Under the pieces are notes generated by a model. The model saw only the letters and a program-made list of their open reading frames with translations. It made no database searches and was not told where the DNA came from. From an uncultured Bdellovibrionales bacterium (GTDB lineage: Bacteria > Patescibacteriota > Minisyncoccia > Moranbacterales > UBA1568), in assembly GCA_964537075.1 (NCBI GenBank), contig CAZIBB010000002.1:1-45763 (forward strand): 45,763 nt of DNA, given 5' to 3'. A program made the position numbers and the translations under genes. This document shows positions 8,565 to 16,858 of the stretch, in pieces. Within the stretch, counting starts at the first letter, position 1. Every line of letters begins with the position of its first letter.

Positions 8565-9428
8565 AAGCGTATAATACACCTTGTTTTCCGTCCGCAAATC
8601 AAGGCGCGCCAGATATTCCTGATCTGCCTCCGGAATACCGCGGATCAAGGCTGCCTGAAGCGTCGTCAGAGTATTCTCTACCGATTGATGCCGGTCGAGC
8701 AATATATCAAAACCATCCTCAACATGAAAGATGAGTTCCCCGGAAAAACGGAGGGGCATATATATGTCGTGGGAGAGCACTTTCCCAAATCGACTCTCAA
8801 ATGTATGGACGAAATCACCGACAAATGAGGGTATACTTCCTTCCGCCACCCTCTTCCCTGCCTCCGATTCCCGCCCGTCTTCATCATGCACCCGAAAAGT
8901 ATATGAGGTATCGAGCACAAGGGAAAGATTCGGATGATCGGAAACATACCCGTCCTCATCGAGAAGAAAATTCCCATTCGCTGATTGCCATACGATCACC
9001 GTCGGACGCTCCTGAATATTTATGATGATTCCGGCAGGGAATATTTTTTCCATTGTCACCGATCGGATTTTCGGTGAAATATTCCGTATGTCGTCGAGCA
9101 GGGAGTTTTTCGGAACAAAAAAGAAATTGTTTTTGGGGAAGAGGAAAAGACGTTTCCCCTGCATGTCTCTCTCGACTTCCGCCTGAAGCGTTGTCAGTGA
9201 AACCGCTTCATTACCGACAAAGGAGATATCACGTATCGTGGTTTCCACCGAAAAAAAGAGGAGGTATCCCAAGGACAAGAAAAAGACTATCCACAGTATG
9301 CCCGGGATGAGAAAGCGGATCCGTGCTCTCTGTCGTTCCGGCCTCACGCGTTTTTCTCGAGAAGCTGAAAATTCCGAAAAAGGAACCATCGGAGCCTGTT
9401 TTCTTTGTTTTCTTCCGAATATATTCAT
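8529..9428 (-). CDS. ftsQ: cell division protein FtsQ/DivIB-like (N-terminal TM helix plus POTRA)
   Basis: Basic N-terminus, a single TM helix (FLIPGILWIVFFLSLGYLLFF), then IRDISFVGNEAVSLTTLQAEV, which is POTRA-like. It overlaps the holB stop (ATGA at 9425-9428). The C-terminal codons run into the TGTTC-word arm. Confidence 0.65.
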   Translation of the reverse strand: MNIFGRKQRKQAPMVPFSEFSASREKRVRPERQRARIRFLIPGILWIVFFLSLGYLLFFSVETTIRDISFVGNEAVSLTTLQAEVERDMQGKRLFLFPKNNFFFVPKNSLLDDIRNISPKIRSVTMEKIFPAGIIINIQERPTVIVWQSANGNFLLDEDGYVSDHPNLSLVLDTSYTFRVHDEDGRESEAGKRVAEGSIPSFVGDFVHTFESRFGKVLSHDIYMPLRFSGELIFHVEDGFDILLDRHQSVENTLTTLQAALIRGIPEADQEYLARLDLRTENKVYYTLDSEQGTRSREQ

Positions 9429-10309
9429 ATTCTTTTCTCCACCGACAAAAACAATGAATCGAAAGCCAGTCTCGCATTTGCCTGCGTCGCCTTGAGCGTA
9501 TTGAGCACGTCATTCATACGGTCAAGAAAAAAGAGTTTCTCTCGCAATTTCTCCGACGCGGCACTTTTTCGCAATTGCTCTCTCGCCCCGAGAAGATACC
9601 ATTCGCAGAGTTCGATTCCGAGTGGCACGTTCTTTCCGAACTGTTCCGACAGTGCGAGCCGATCCCCCAAAGGAAGCATCGCCAGACGAAAAAGTTGCCG
9701 CAAGAGAACTTTCTTCTTTTCAAAAGCCTTTGGATCACGCTGCGCCTCGATCGGAATTCCCGGTCGCCCGAGAGAAAAAAAGAACGGTTCGACGGAAATC
9801 CCTCCAGGGAACAGTTCCTCCATACCTGAAGCGATCAGTTCCTCCGCGACCGGTTCGAAAGATACGACTTGGCAGCGCGATCGTACCGTACCGAGAATGC
9901 GCCCCGGCTCATGGGTGATCAGTATGACTATTGCACTGTCTGTTGGGTCTTCCAGTGTTTTCAGCAATGCGTTCTGGGCGCCCTCTGTCAGACGATGTGC
10001 ATCTCGAATGATACCGATGCGAAATTTTCCCCGAGATGGATAACTCGAGAGAAATGATTTGAGTTCGCGAATCGTTTCGACTGGTATCACCTTTTCTTTC
10101 ATAACCCCATTCCGTTCCTCCTGCTCCGACTCAATGATCCGGATATCGACCAATGACCCATCGGTCAGCTGTTCCGCGAATGACTTTGCCACGAGAAACT
10201 TCCCAATCTTGTCTGGTCCGGAAAAAATATATGACTGCGTAGGCGCTTCACTCTCCGCGATACGGCGGAGGAACTCCCGTTCCTTATTGTGACCGATGAT
10301 TATATTCAT
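9425..10309 (-). CDS. holB: DNA polymerase III subunit delta'
   Basis: Degenerate P-loop FSGPDKIGKF, NALLKTLEDP, and the TVRSRCQVVSF (SRC) motif. Confidence 0.8.
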   Translation of the reverse strand: MNIIIGHNKEREFLRRIAESEAPTQSYIFSGPDKIGKFLVAKSFAEQLTDGSLVDIRIIESEQEERNGVMKEKVIPVETIRELKSFLSSYPSRGKFRIGIIRDAHRLTEGAQNALLKTLEDPTDSAIVILITHEPGRILGTVRSRCQVVSFEPVAEELIASGMEELFPGGISVEPFFFSLGRPGIPIEAQRDPKAFEKKKVLLRQLFRLAMLPLGDRLALSEQFGKNVPLGIELCEWYLLGAREQLRKSAASEKLREKLFFLDRMNDVLNTLKATQANARLAFDSLFLSVEKRI

Positions 10310-10315
10310 AAATCC

Positions 10316-10384
10316 GTAACCAGTAATTTGAAACTAGTAACTAGGAGATATCTGAAAGAAATGTGGTTACCAGTTACTGGTTAC
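10316..10384. repeat. spacer hairpin built from GTAACCAGTAA words
   Basis: GTAACCAGTAA at 10316-10326 is the exact reverse complement of TTACTGGTTAC at 10374-10384. Additional partial pairing comes from actagtaactagg and ggttaccagttact. The right arm overlaps the GT4 stop. Confidence 0.7.
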
Positions 10385-11504
10385 CAATAACGCGGTTTAC
10401 CGCATTTCGTATCTTCTCCTGAAACGCTTTCTTTGAAAATCGCATCATATTCAGCTTCATTTCTTCTCGATCGTATTTCCCTTCATTCGTGATAAATCTC
10501 CTCACTCCATCGGAAAGGATTTCCGGAGTCTGGGCAAAAAACAGTTCCCCATTCACACCGGACTCCACCAATTCACGCGAGCCGCCACGCTCAAAAGCGA
10601 TGACTGGTGTGCCGCAGGCAAGCGACTCGGCCATGGCCAGACCGAAATCTTCCTCCGCGACATGTACAAGCGCCCTCGCTTCGCTCAGGAGACAAGACAC
10701 CTCCGCATCATCCTGAAATCCCATAAAACGGATATTCTTCTTTGCCATTCTCTCAAGCGACCGTCTCATCGGTCCGACCCCGACGATCAACAAGGGCAAC
10801 TCTAATTTATTGAAAGCCTCGATGGCGACTGCAACTTTTTTCGCCTCGGTCAATCGCGACACCATGAGAAAATGACCATTCCTATGGTCATCCCGATCCG
10901 CCAACTGGCGGAGAGGGATCTCCGTTGAAATGACCGGCGGATACACCACCTCTGATGGCAACCGGTAATATTTCGCGATCCGCTCCAGCGTATATACCGA
11001 ATTGGCAATCAGCACATCCGGCCGCTCTGCCGCCTGCTTATCCCAAACCCGCAGATACGAAAGCATCATTCGACCGAACAATCGGAATGGAGCGAAGAAT
11101 CCAAGCGTGCGAAGATAGGTCTCATTTTCATCCCATGCATACCGCATCGGCGAATGCACGTAGGCGATATGTTTTGTATAAAGTCGCGTTACCACGCCCT
11201 TCGACCACGCCCCGGAAGAAGAAATGACGAGATCGAAGTCCCGCAGATCAAGAGCCTCAACCGCCGTTGGATACAATGGAAGCAACCACCGGTGGCGTCG
11301 CGTCAAAAAACGGGGAAATCTCGATAAGAATGACTCACGGATCTCGCTTCCCGGAAAATGCCTTCGTACGATATTCTTGTCAGCTAACAAGACGTATACC
11401 GGCGCTTCCGGATACATCGCCATCAAAGACTGCAAAACCCTCTCCGCTCCCCCGAAGGCAAGCAGGAAATCATGGACAATAGCTATTTTTTTTTCATCAC
11501 CCAT
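10374..11504 (-). CDS. glycosyltransferase family 4 (GT-B, group 1)
   Basis: C-terminal EDFGLAMAESLACGTPVIAFERGGSRELVESGVNGELF (E-X7-E type motif); 376 aa. Confidence 0.85.
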   Translation of the reverse strand: MGDEKKIAIVHDFLLAFGGAERVLQSLMAMYPEAPVYVLLADKNIVRRHFPGSEIRESFLSRFPRFLTRRHRWLLPLYPTAVEALDLRDFDLVISSSGAWSKGVVTRLYTKHIAYVHSPMRYAWDENETYLRTLGFFAPFRLFGRMMLSYLRVWDKQAAERPDVLIANSVYTLERIAKYYRLPSEVVYPPVISTEIPLRQLADRDDHRNGHFLMVSRLTEAKKVAVAIEAFNKLELPLLIVGVGPMRRSLERMAKKNIRFMGFQDDAEVSCLLSEARALVHVAEEDFGLAMAESLACGTPVIAFERGGSRELVESGVNGELFFAQTPEILSDGVRRFITNEGKYDREEMKLNMMRFSKKAFQEKIRNAVNRVIGNQ

Positions 11505-11664
11505 AAAACACAGAAATCAAAACACAAAATACCAGACAAAGCACAACTTCCAAAACACAAAACATAAACGACTAAGGTTTTAGGTTTTATGTTTTGAGTT
11601 TTTTGCCTGCCTGCCGGTAGGCAGGGTTCTTGTTCCGCTAGCTGGCGGATTGAGATTTGTGTTT
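11505..11664. repeat. CACAAAA-word hairpin element, copy 1 (fills the whole spacer)
   Basis: The A/C-rich arm aaaacacagaaatcaaaacacaaaataccagacaaagcacaacttccaaaacacaaaacataaac starts immediately after ATG 11504. G/T-rich partners are ggttttaggttttatgttttgag and gagatttgtgttttt. It also contains the GC hairpin cctgcc-ggta-ggcagg and the motif CCGCTAGCTGGCGGAT. Confidence 0.7.
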
Positions 11665-12741
11665 TTACTCTATTAACAATTTCTCTATCTCTTTCGCGCA
11701 TCGAATCCAACTGAAACGACTCACATTGTGGGTCGCTCTTTTTATTATATCACCTCTCCATTCCTCATCAGAAAGCACCTTTTGAATCCCCTCTGCGATA
11801 TCTTCCGGACTCAAGGGATTCACAGTCACGACGCCTTCCCCACCCACCTCAGGAAGCGAGGAGATATCCGACGTAATGACCGGTACTCTGGATGATTGAG
11901 CTTCCAATACCGGTATCCCAAACCCTTCGTACAGGCTCGGAAAGATGAAAACATCCGCACCACGAAGCAATGCCCACTTTTCCTCTTCACTCACATACCC
12001 AAGCTCCACGACTTCATCGCGATATTTGATATTTGATATTTGATATTTGATTCTTCCATAACCATATCCCGGCTTTCCCGCCAATATCAGCTGATGCGGT
12101 ATCCGATGCTGCTCCTTCAGTATCTCAAAGGCTTCGATAATCCGAACGACATTTTTCCGTTCTTCCAACCTCCCAATGAATAAAAGGTATGGTTTTTCTT
12201 GTTTCTTTGTTGGCTGTTCATTGCTCACTGTTGACTGATCCTCATATCCCTCATATACCACTTGTATCTTCGACTCAGGAACACCATAGAGCTTCATTAG
12301 ATCGGACTTCGTATTCTCCGACACCGCAATCAGCGTGCTCGCCGCTCGACATGAGAATCGGATCGAGAGCCTCATATACCATCGCTCCAGAAACGAATAT
12401 GCCTTGGGACAGAATTCATATTCGAGACCATGTATGGTGACGATCGTTTTCTTCGGATGGATGAGCGGTGCCGTATGCGCCGGTATGAACAGGGCATCGA
12501 CTGGAAAAAACAACATTTCCAGGGAAAGTCGCACCTGTGTCCAGAGTCTCGGTGCGCAAAGTTCCTTCACCGTCCAATTATGAGGAAGTTCGAATGGCAC
12601 CTGCTGTCCCGAGCGGACATACAAAAAAACCGGCTCCTGGAGGAGCGTTTCACGGAGATGCCTGATCACCTGATACGAATATTCCTCAATTCCCGTCCGC
12701 TCCGGAAGAAATGCCCGCGATCCATCGATACCGATAATCAT
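11665..12741 (-). CDS. glycosyltransferase family 4 (GT-B, group 1)
   Basis: YEGFGIPVLEAQSSRVPVITSDISSLPEVGGEGVVTVNP. The likely start is MIIGIDGS at 12741 (the track ORF extends to 12762). Confidence 0.85.
   Translation of the reverse strand: MIIGIDGSRAFLPERTGIEEYSYQVIRHLRETLLQEPVFLYVRSGQQVPFELPHNWTVKELCAPRLWTQVRLSLEMLFFPVDALFIPAHTAPLIHPKKTIVTIHGLEYEFCPKAYSFLERWYMRLSIRFSCRAASTLIAVSENTKSDLMKLYGVPESKIQVVYEGYEDQSTVSNEQPTKKQEKPYLLFIGRLEERKNVVRIIEAFEILKEQHRIPHQLILAGKPGYGYGRIKYQISNIKYRDEVVELGYVSEEEKWALLRGADVFIFPSLYEGFGIPVLEAQSSRVPVITSDISSLPEVGGEGVVTVNPLSPEDIAEGIQKVLSDEEWRGDIIKRATHNVSRFSWIRCAKEIEKLLIE
12021..12052 (-). repeat. heptanucleotide tandem repeat (plus-strand GATATTT x4.5; coding strand AAATATC) inside the GT4 coding sequence
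   Basis: The plus strand reads gatattt gatattt gatattt gatattt gatt. It encodes IKYQISNIKY. The unit length is not a multiple of 3. Confidence 0.95.
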
Positions 12742-13213
12742 AGAACAGTGAACAATGACCAATGAACAGGGAACAATAAACCATCAGCCATCAATATGCT
12801 TTTTAATTTTCTGAAGTGTTGTCCAGAGCATGGCTCCAATCTCATCAGAAAGTCTCTCAATTTTTTCATAAGATTCTTATGATAAATATCCTTCCCTCAT
12901 CGAAAAAAACAAGAGATAATTTGTTTCCTTGAGAGATCCATATGAAATTTGCAAAAAATTCTTATACTCCCTTGACCCAGTTCTCGCATACCCTTCAATG
13001 TAATTCAAAATAATCGATAGCCCGGCTCGACGAAGTTGTGATGTAATTCCATATATCTCATCTCTCGGAAAATTCTTCGTTTCTTGGTAAATACAATGAG
13101 CAAGTTCGTCCATCTTTTGTTTCAAAATATCTGTTTTCTGCTTATATCCTTCATCCATTGTTTTTTCCTCATTGTTCCCTGTTCTCTGCTTCTTGCTCCC
13201 TGTTCACTGTTCC
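12742..13213 (-). mobile_element. IVS-like cassette 2: GAACA-word arm (12742-12782), 4HB ORF (reverse), TGTTC-word arm (13170-13213)
   Basis: Left arm: agaacagtgaacaatgaccaatgaacagggaacaataaacc. Right arm: cattgttccctgttctctgcttcttgctccctgttcactgttcc. The arms resemble those of cassette 1: CAGTGArCAATGAmCAAT on the left, and the complement of ACAGTGAACAGGGArCAAG on the right. Confidence 0.4.
12784..13158 (-). pseudogene. four-helix-bundle protein paralog interrupted by an in-frame TAA (codon 94 of 125)
   Basis: The track ORF 12877..13158 ends at TAA (12877-12879), where the paralog has Lys. The same frame continues as ESYEKIERLSDEIGAMLWTTLQKIKKHIDG* to TGA 12784-12786. This is colinear with the C-terminus of the copy at 8122..8496; both are 375 nt. 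Confidence 0.75.
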
Positions 13214-13217
13214 ATGA

Positions 13218-14231
13218 CTACTTCCCCATCATGATACTCCTCTTGTAAATCTCCAGATTCTCCAAGACGAGACCTGTCCCCTTTACCACGCAGAAAGCCG
13301 GCTCATCCGCCAAGTAGCATGGAACACCGATCGTTTTTGCGATGAGCTGATCGAGGTACCGGAGTTGTGAGGTTCCTCCCGAGAGAATCATACCCTTATC
13401 CATGACATCCGCCGCGAGTTCCGGCGGGGTTTCCTGCAGAACTTGCTTGATGACATTGATAATCTCCCGCAGTTCATCTTGTATCGCTTCAGTCACCTCA
13501 TTCGAAGAGATAGTAATCGTCTTTGGCAGCCCCCCCATGAGATCCCGTCCGCGAATATCCATATGGTCTTCCTTGACCTGCACGATAGCCGAGCCGATGG
13601 TGATCTTCACCTCCTCCGCAGTACGATCACCGATCGCCAGACTATATTTTCGCTTGATATAATCCGAAATGGCCTGATCGATACGATTGCCTCCGACGCG
13701 CGCCGAAGCCGAGGCCACGACGCCACCGAGAGAGATAATGGCGATTTCTGATGTCCCTCCACCGATATTGATAATCATGTTTCCCTGCGCCGCATGGATG
13801 GGAATACCTGCGCCGATAGCTGCGAGGATCGGCTCTTTCACGACATATGCCGTTTTCGCCCCGGCTTTGAGCGCGGCATCAATCACCGCGCGCCTCTCAG
13901 TCGAGGTGACGCCGGCAGGAATCGAGAGCACTATCTCGGGACGGAAAAAACGGAACTTCCCACTGACCTTGCCGATAAAATATCGGAGCATCGCTTCAGT
14001 CACCTTATAGTCAGCGATCGCCCCATCACGAAGCGGCTGAGATGCGATGATACTATCCGGCGTCCGTCCGAGCATTTCCTTCGCCTCATTCCCGACCGCC
14101 AACACCTTGTTTTCAAACAGTGAAATGGCTACTACCGACGGTTCATTGACGACAATACCCTTGCCCGGAACGAAAACAAGCGTGTTCGCCGTACCGAGAT
14201 CGATGCCAATTTTTCGTACAAATAAAGCCAT
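13218..14231 (-). CDS. mreB: rod shape-determining protein MreB
   Basis: IGIDLGTANTLVFVPGKGIVVNEPSVVAI and actin-fold motifs throughout. The likely start is MALFVRKIGIDLG at 14231 (the track ORF extends to 14249). Confidence 0.9.
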   Translation of the reverse strand: MALFVRKIGIDLGTANTLVFVPGKGIVVNEPSVVAISLFENKVLAVGNEAKEMLGRTPDSIIASQPLRDGAIADYKVTEAMLRYFIGKVSGKFRFFRPEIVLSIPAGVTSTERRAVIDAALKAGAKTAYVVKEPILAAIGAGIPIHAAQGNMIINIGGGTSEIAIISLGGVVASASARVGGNRIDQAISDYIKRKYSLAIGDRTAEEVKITIGSAIVQVKEDHMDIRGRDLMGGLPKTITISSNEVTEAIQDELREIINVIKQVLQETPPELAADVMDKGMILSGGTSQLRYLDQLIAKTIGVPCYLADEPAFCVVKGTGLVLENLEIYKRSIMMGK

Positions 14232-14341
14232 ACATTTAGTAAAACACAATAATCAAATCACAAAGACCAAACAAAACACAATTTTCAAAACACTCACACT
14301 CAAACTTTTACATCCTTTTGTGTTTTTTACTTTGTGCTTTT
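14232..14341. repeat. CACAAAA-word hairpin element, copy 2
   Basis: aaaacacaataatcaaatcacaaagaccaaacaaaacacaattttcaaaacactcac is followed by a shorter G/T arm, ttttgtgttttttactttgtgctttt, which reaches the murA stop. Confidence 0.6.
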
Positions 14342-15602
14342 ACTTCTCCACCCTCCTGATATCCGCTCCGAGCTTTTTCAATCGCTCTTCGATACGCTCA
14401 TAGCCACGATCTACCTGATAAATATCCTCGATAATTGTCTTTCCCTCCGCGCACAAGGCCGCGATGATGAGTGCCGCCCCAGCACGAAGATCAAAACTTT
14501 TGATCGTCGTTCCATGAAGCGTCACCGGTCCGCGGAAAAGTACCTGATGCGGATTGAGTATGGTCGCACATCCTCTCATTTTCTCCAACTCCGATACATA
14601 GTTGAAACGGCCTTCGAAAATCGTATCAAAGATAAGGGTCTCGCCTTCGGCCTGTGTCGCGAGCACTCCGAATGGCGCCTGTACATCAGTTGGAATGCCC
14701 GGATAGGTTCGTGCATCAAGCTTCGCCACCGCCAGAAGCTTCTCCGCAGGATGAATAGTGATCGAATTCTCCCGGACAGTAAACGAAACGCCAAATTCCC
14801 GCATTCTTTCAAGGACGAGATCGAGGTGTTCTTCTCGAGCATGGTTGACCGTAATCTCGCTTCCCGTCGCTGCGCCGAGAATAAGGAATGTCGCTGCTTC
14901 ATTATGGTCCGGGATGATCTCATATTCGACACCCTGGAGATTCGCGCATCCCTCAATGGTAATCGTATGCGTTCCGAGTCCATCGATCTTCGCGCCCATT
15001 TTCCGCAGGAATTTTCCGAGATCCTCGACATGCGGCTCGGCCGCGGCGATCTTGATCGTCGTCTTTCCGGGAAGCGATGAGGCGAGTGTCATGGCGATCT
15101 CCGTCGCGGTGACGGAAAATTCCCGGAGCACCACGGTGGCTGGAGCGCGTTTCGACGCGTCGATCTCATATCCTTTTTCTATGCCAGTCACGGAAACGCC
15201 AAGTTTCGAGAGCGCCTTCATATGCGTCTCGACGGGTCGGGCGCCGATCACGCACCCTCCGGGATGATACAGTTTAAATTTTTCAAAGCGAGCGGAGAGC
15301 GGTCCGAGCAAGAGTATGGAGGATCGTATCTTTTTCACCAGATCGATATTCATGCGGGATGGATCGATATCCTTCGCCGTGATCGCGACGGTATGCGTAT
15401 CGCGCCATTCCACGAGCGCTCCCATGCTCTCGAGAATTTCCAGCATCCGGAAAACATCCTCGATACGGGGAATATTTTTCAAGACACAGGTCTCCCTGGA
15501 GAGAAGCGTTGCGGCGATGATCGGCGTCGCGGCATTTTTCAGGCCGGAAATCTCGATTTCGCCCGACAGCTTTTTCCCTCCCGTAATTTCGAATACCTCC
15601 AT
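14340..15602 (-). CDS. murA: UDP-N-acetylglucosamine 1-carboxyvinyltransferase
   Basis: Full-length 420 aa; N-terminus MEVFEITGGKKLSGEIEISGLKNAATPIIAATLL; EPSP-synthase-fold repeats. Confidence 0.95.
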   Translation of the reverse strand: MEVFEITGGKKLSGEIEISGLKNAATPIIAATLLSRETCVLKNIPRIEDVFRMLEILESMGALVEWRDTHTVAITAKDIDPSRMNIDLVKKIRSSILLLGPLSARFEKFKLYHPGGCVIGARPVETHMKALSKLGVSVTGIEKGYEIDASKRAPATVVLREFSVTATEIAMTLASSLPGKTTIKIAAAEPHVEDLGKFLRKMGAKIDGLGTHTITIEGCANLQGVEYEIIPDHNEAATFLILGAATGSEITVNHAREEHLDLVLERMREFGVSFTVRENSITIHPAEKLLAVAKLDARTYPGIPTDVQAPFGVLATQAEGETLIFDTIFEGRFNYVSELEKMRGCATILNPHQVLFRGPVTLHGTTIKSFDLRAGAALIIAALCAEGKTIIEDIYQVDRGYERIEERLKKLGADIRRVEK

Positions 15603-15634
15603 ATGAAAAAAAATAATTCATCACAATATCATCC

Positions 15635-15663
15635 ATTGTAGCTCAAAAAGCGCTTCATTTCAA
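15635..15663 (-). promoter_or_regulatory. candidate sigma70-type promoter for murA (TTGAAA-17-TACAAT)
   Basis: On the minus strand, the -35 TTGAAA is at 15658-15663 and the -10 TACAAT is at 15635-15640, with an exact 17-nt spacer. It lies about 33 nt upstream of ATG 15602. Confidence 0.5.
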
Positions 15664-15820
15664 GAGGGAAAATGGCTCTTTGACAGGCTCAAGTATCAAA
15701 CAAGAGAGACTCCTTTCAGGAGGGATTCCGCGGAAGGAACCACCTCCCCACAAAGTAAGTCCGCGGTATAAGGTAAAAGATCGGGTCATGCGTTTCCGTG
15801 ACGAAAGCGTGAGGAAATGA

Positions 15821-15853
15821 AAAAACCACTCCGATGTATCAGGGTGGTTTTTT
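15821..15853. terminator. bidirectional intrinsic-terminator-like hairpin (AAAAACCACTCC...GGGTGGTTTTTT)
   Basis: Stem ACCAC(t)CC pairs with GG-GTGGT, with A5 on the left and T6 on the right, so either strand gives a stem plus U-tract. It sits in the 458-nt non-coding gap between murA and the CAP-domain gene. Confidence 0.6.
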
Positions 15854-15986
15854 CGTTTGTCTGATATATTTATGAATCAGACCAAAACGAAGAATTTCGC
15901 TTTTCTTGTTTGAGAGATTTTTTATGTCTCTTTGTGTTTGTTTTTGTATTGAGTTTTCAAGGAACTCTTTCGGAATCGAGAGATTC

Positions 15987-16039
15987 CCGCGTGACGTTCT
16001 GATATTTTTTATATATATAAATGTCAGAACGTCGCGCGG
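15987..16039. repeat. 16-bp inverted repeat with an AT-only 21-nt loop, just downstream of the CAP-domain gene stop
   Basis: ccgcgtgacgttctga (15987-16002) pairs with tcagaacgtcgcgcgg (16024-16039). There is one T/G opposition, which would be a G-U pair in plus-strand RNA. Confidence 0.8.
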
Positions 16040-16060
16040 AAACCCATTCCAGAGGAAGGG

Positions 16061-16795
16061 TTACCATTTTCGGAGCCACTTCTCATGCATCGCGAATGAA
16101 AGCACCACGAACAATCCTGATGCCTGCACGAAAGCGAAGAATATCAGTGCCAGCAAGCGCTTGGTGTCAATCTTCCAATGCGTCGCCGTCGTAGAAAGAA
16201 AATTCGTCACCGCGCCGATCACGCCGCCATTGTTATCGGCCGGCATCGAAGAACCGAGTACCGACGGATATTTTTTCGGGCAATTTACCCTGCTTTTCTG
16301 AGAAAGATCTATTTTCTTTTCATCAATCATCTGCGTCCCAAACATCTGCACGGCAACCGTCGTTTGTCGCCCCTCCCAGTTTATACTACGTATCGCCACA
16401 CCGATTTCCCGATACTTCGGGCTCAGAATATTTTCACAATGCCTCTTGCTCTCCATCCATACCTGCTCTTCGAGAACCGCATCACGAAAATGAATGGCGA
16501 GATTCTCCCCTGCATAGCGATATTCATATTCTGATTGACGAAACCAATCCCAGGGAGTAATTCCCTTCGGTGAAGTATGCGAAAAATATTGTTCGGTCGC
16601 CATATCGCCGGCCTTGCCCTCGGCTGCCCGATCCAGTACCGAACTGCGAATCAGCGGAACCAGTCCTGCCTCGGTACGATCCTGATTCACCAAAGAAACG
16701 ACTTCTTCCGATGTAATCGCGGCGAAAGCCGCATTCCCCTGAGAGAGGAATACCGCGAACGATATGATGGCGAGAAGAGAGATATTTTTGTTCAT
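16061..16795 (-). CDS. secreted/anchored CAP (SCP/PR-1, YkwD-like) domain protein
   Basis: The signal peptide begins at MNKNISLLAIISFAVFLSQGNAAFA (ATG 16795). The CAP motifs are NQDRTEAGLVPL, AEGKAGDMATEQYFSHTSPKG, YAGENLA and WMESKRHCENIL. There is a C-terminal hydrophobic anchor. Confidence 0.75.
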   Translation of the reverse strand: MNKNISLLAIISFAVFLSQGNAAFAAITSEEVVSLVNQDRTEAGLVPLIRSSVLDRAAEGKAGDMATEQYFSHTSPKGITPWDWFRQSEYEYRYAGENLAIHFRDAVLEEQVWMESKRHCENILSPKYREIGVAIRSINWEGRQTTVAVQMFGTQMIDEKKIDLSQKSRVNCPKKYPSVLGSSMPADNNGGVIGAVTNFLSTTATHWKIDTKRLLALIFFAFVQASGLFVVLSFAMHEKWLRKW

Positions 16796-16810
16796 AATGC
16801 CGGATAATAA

Positions 16811-16841
16811 GCTTTTACAAAAGAAAAAACGGGTCCCATTG
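16811..16841 (-). terminator. intrinsic-terminator-like hairpin plus U-tract in the leader of the CAP-domain gene
   Basis: The minus strand reads aacgggtgcccaatgggacccgtt followed by ttttttctttt. The stem pairs 16818-16827 with 16832-16841. It lies about 20 nt upstream of ATG 16795. Confidence 0.55.
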
Positions 16842-16858
16842 GGCACCCGTTCCTTCAT

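Noticed and set aside
8122-13158. A diversity-generating retroelement, because the 4HB proteins belong to the Avd-like family.
   Set aside because: There is no reverse transcriptase in the window. There is no template/variable repeat pair with adenine-specific mismatches. The two 4HB copies differ mainly at synonymous sites rather than at A positions. A DGR elsewhere in the genome cannot be excluded.
15700-15790. Motif resemblances to SRP RNA (GGAAGGAAC) and to RNase P RNA (AAGTCCGCGG...GGTAA).
   Set aside because: I could not build the required helices: no GNRA tetraloop closure for SRP helix 8, and no P4 3'-strand ACAGAA-type partner. The region is also far too short for RNase P. It is kept only as an unassigned structured region.
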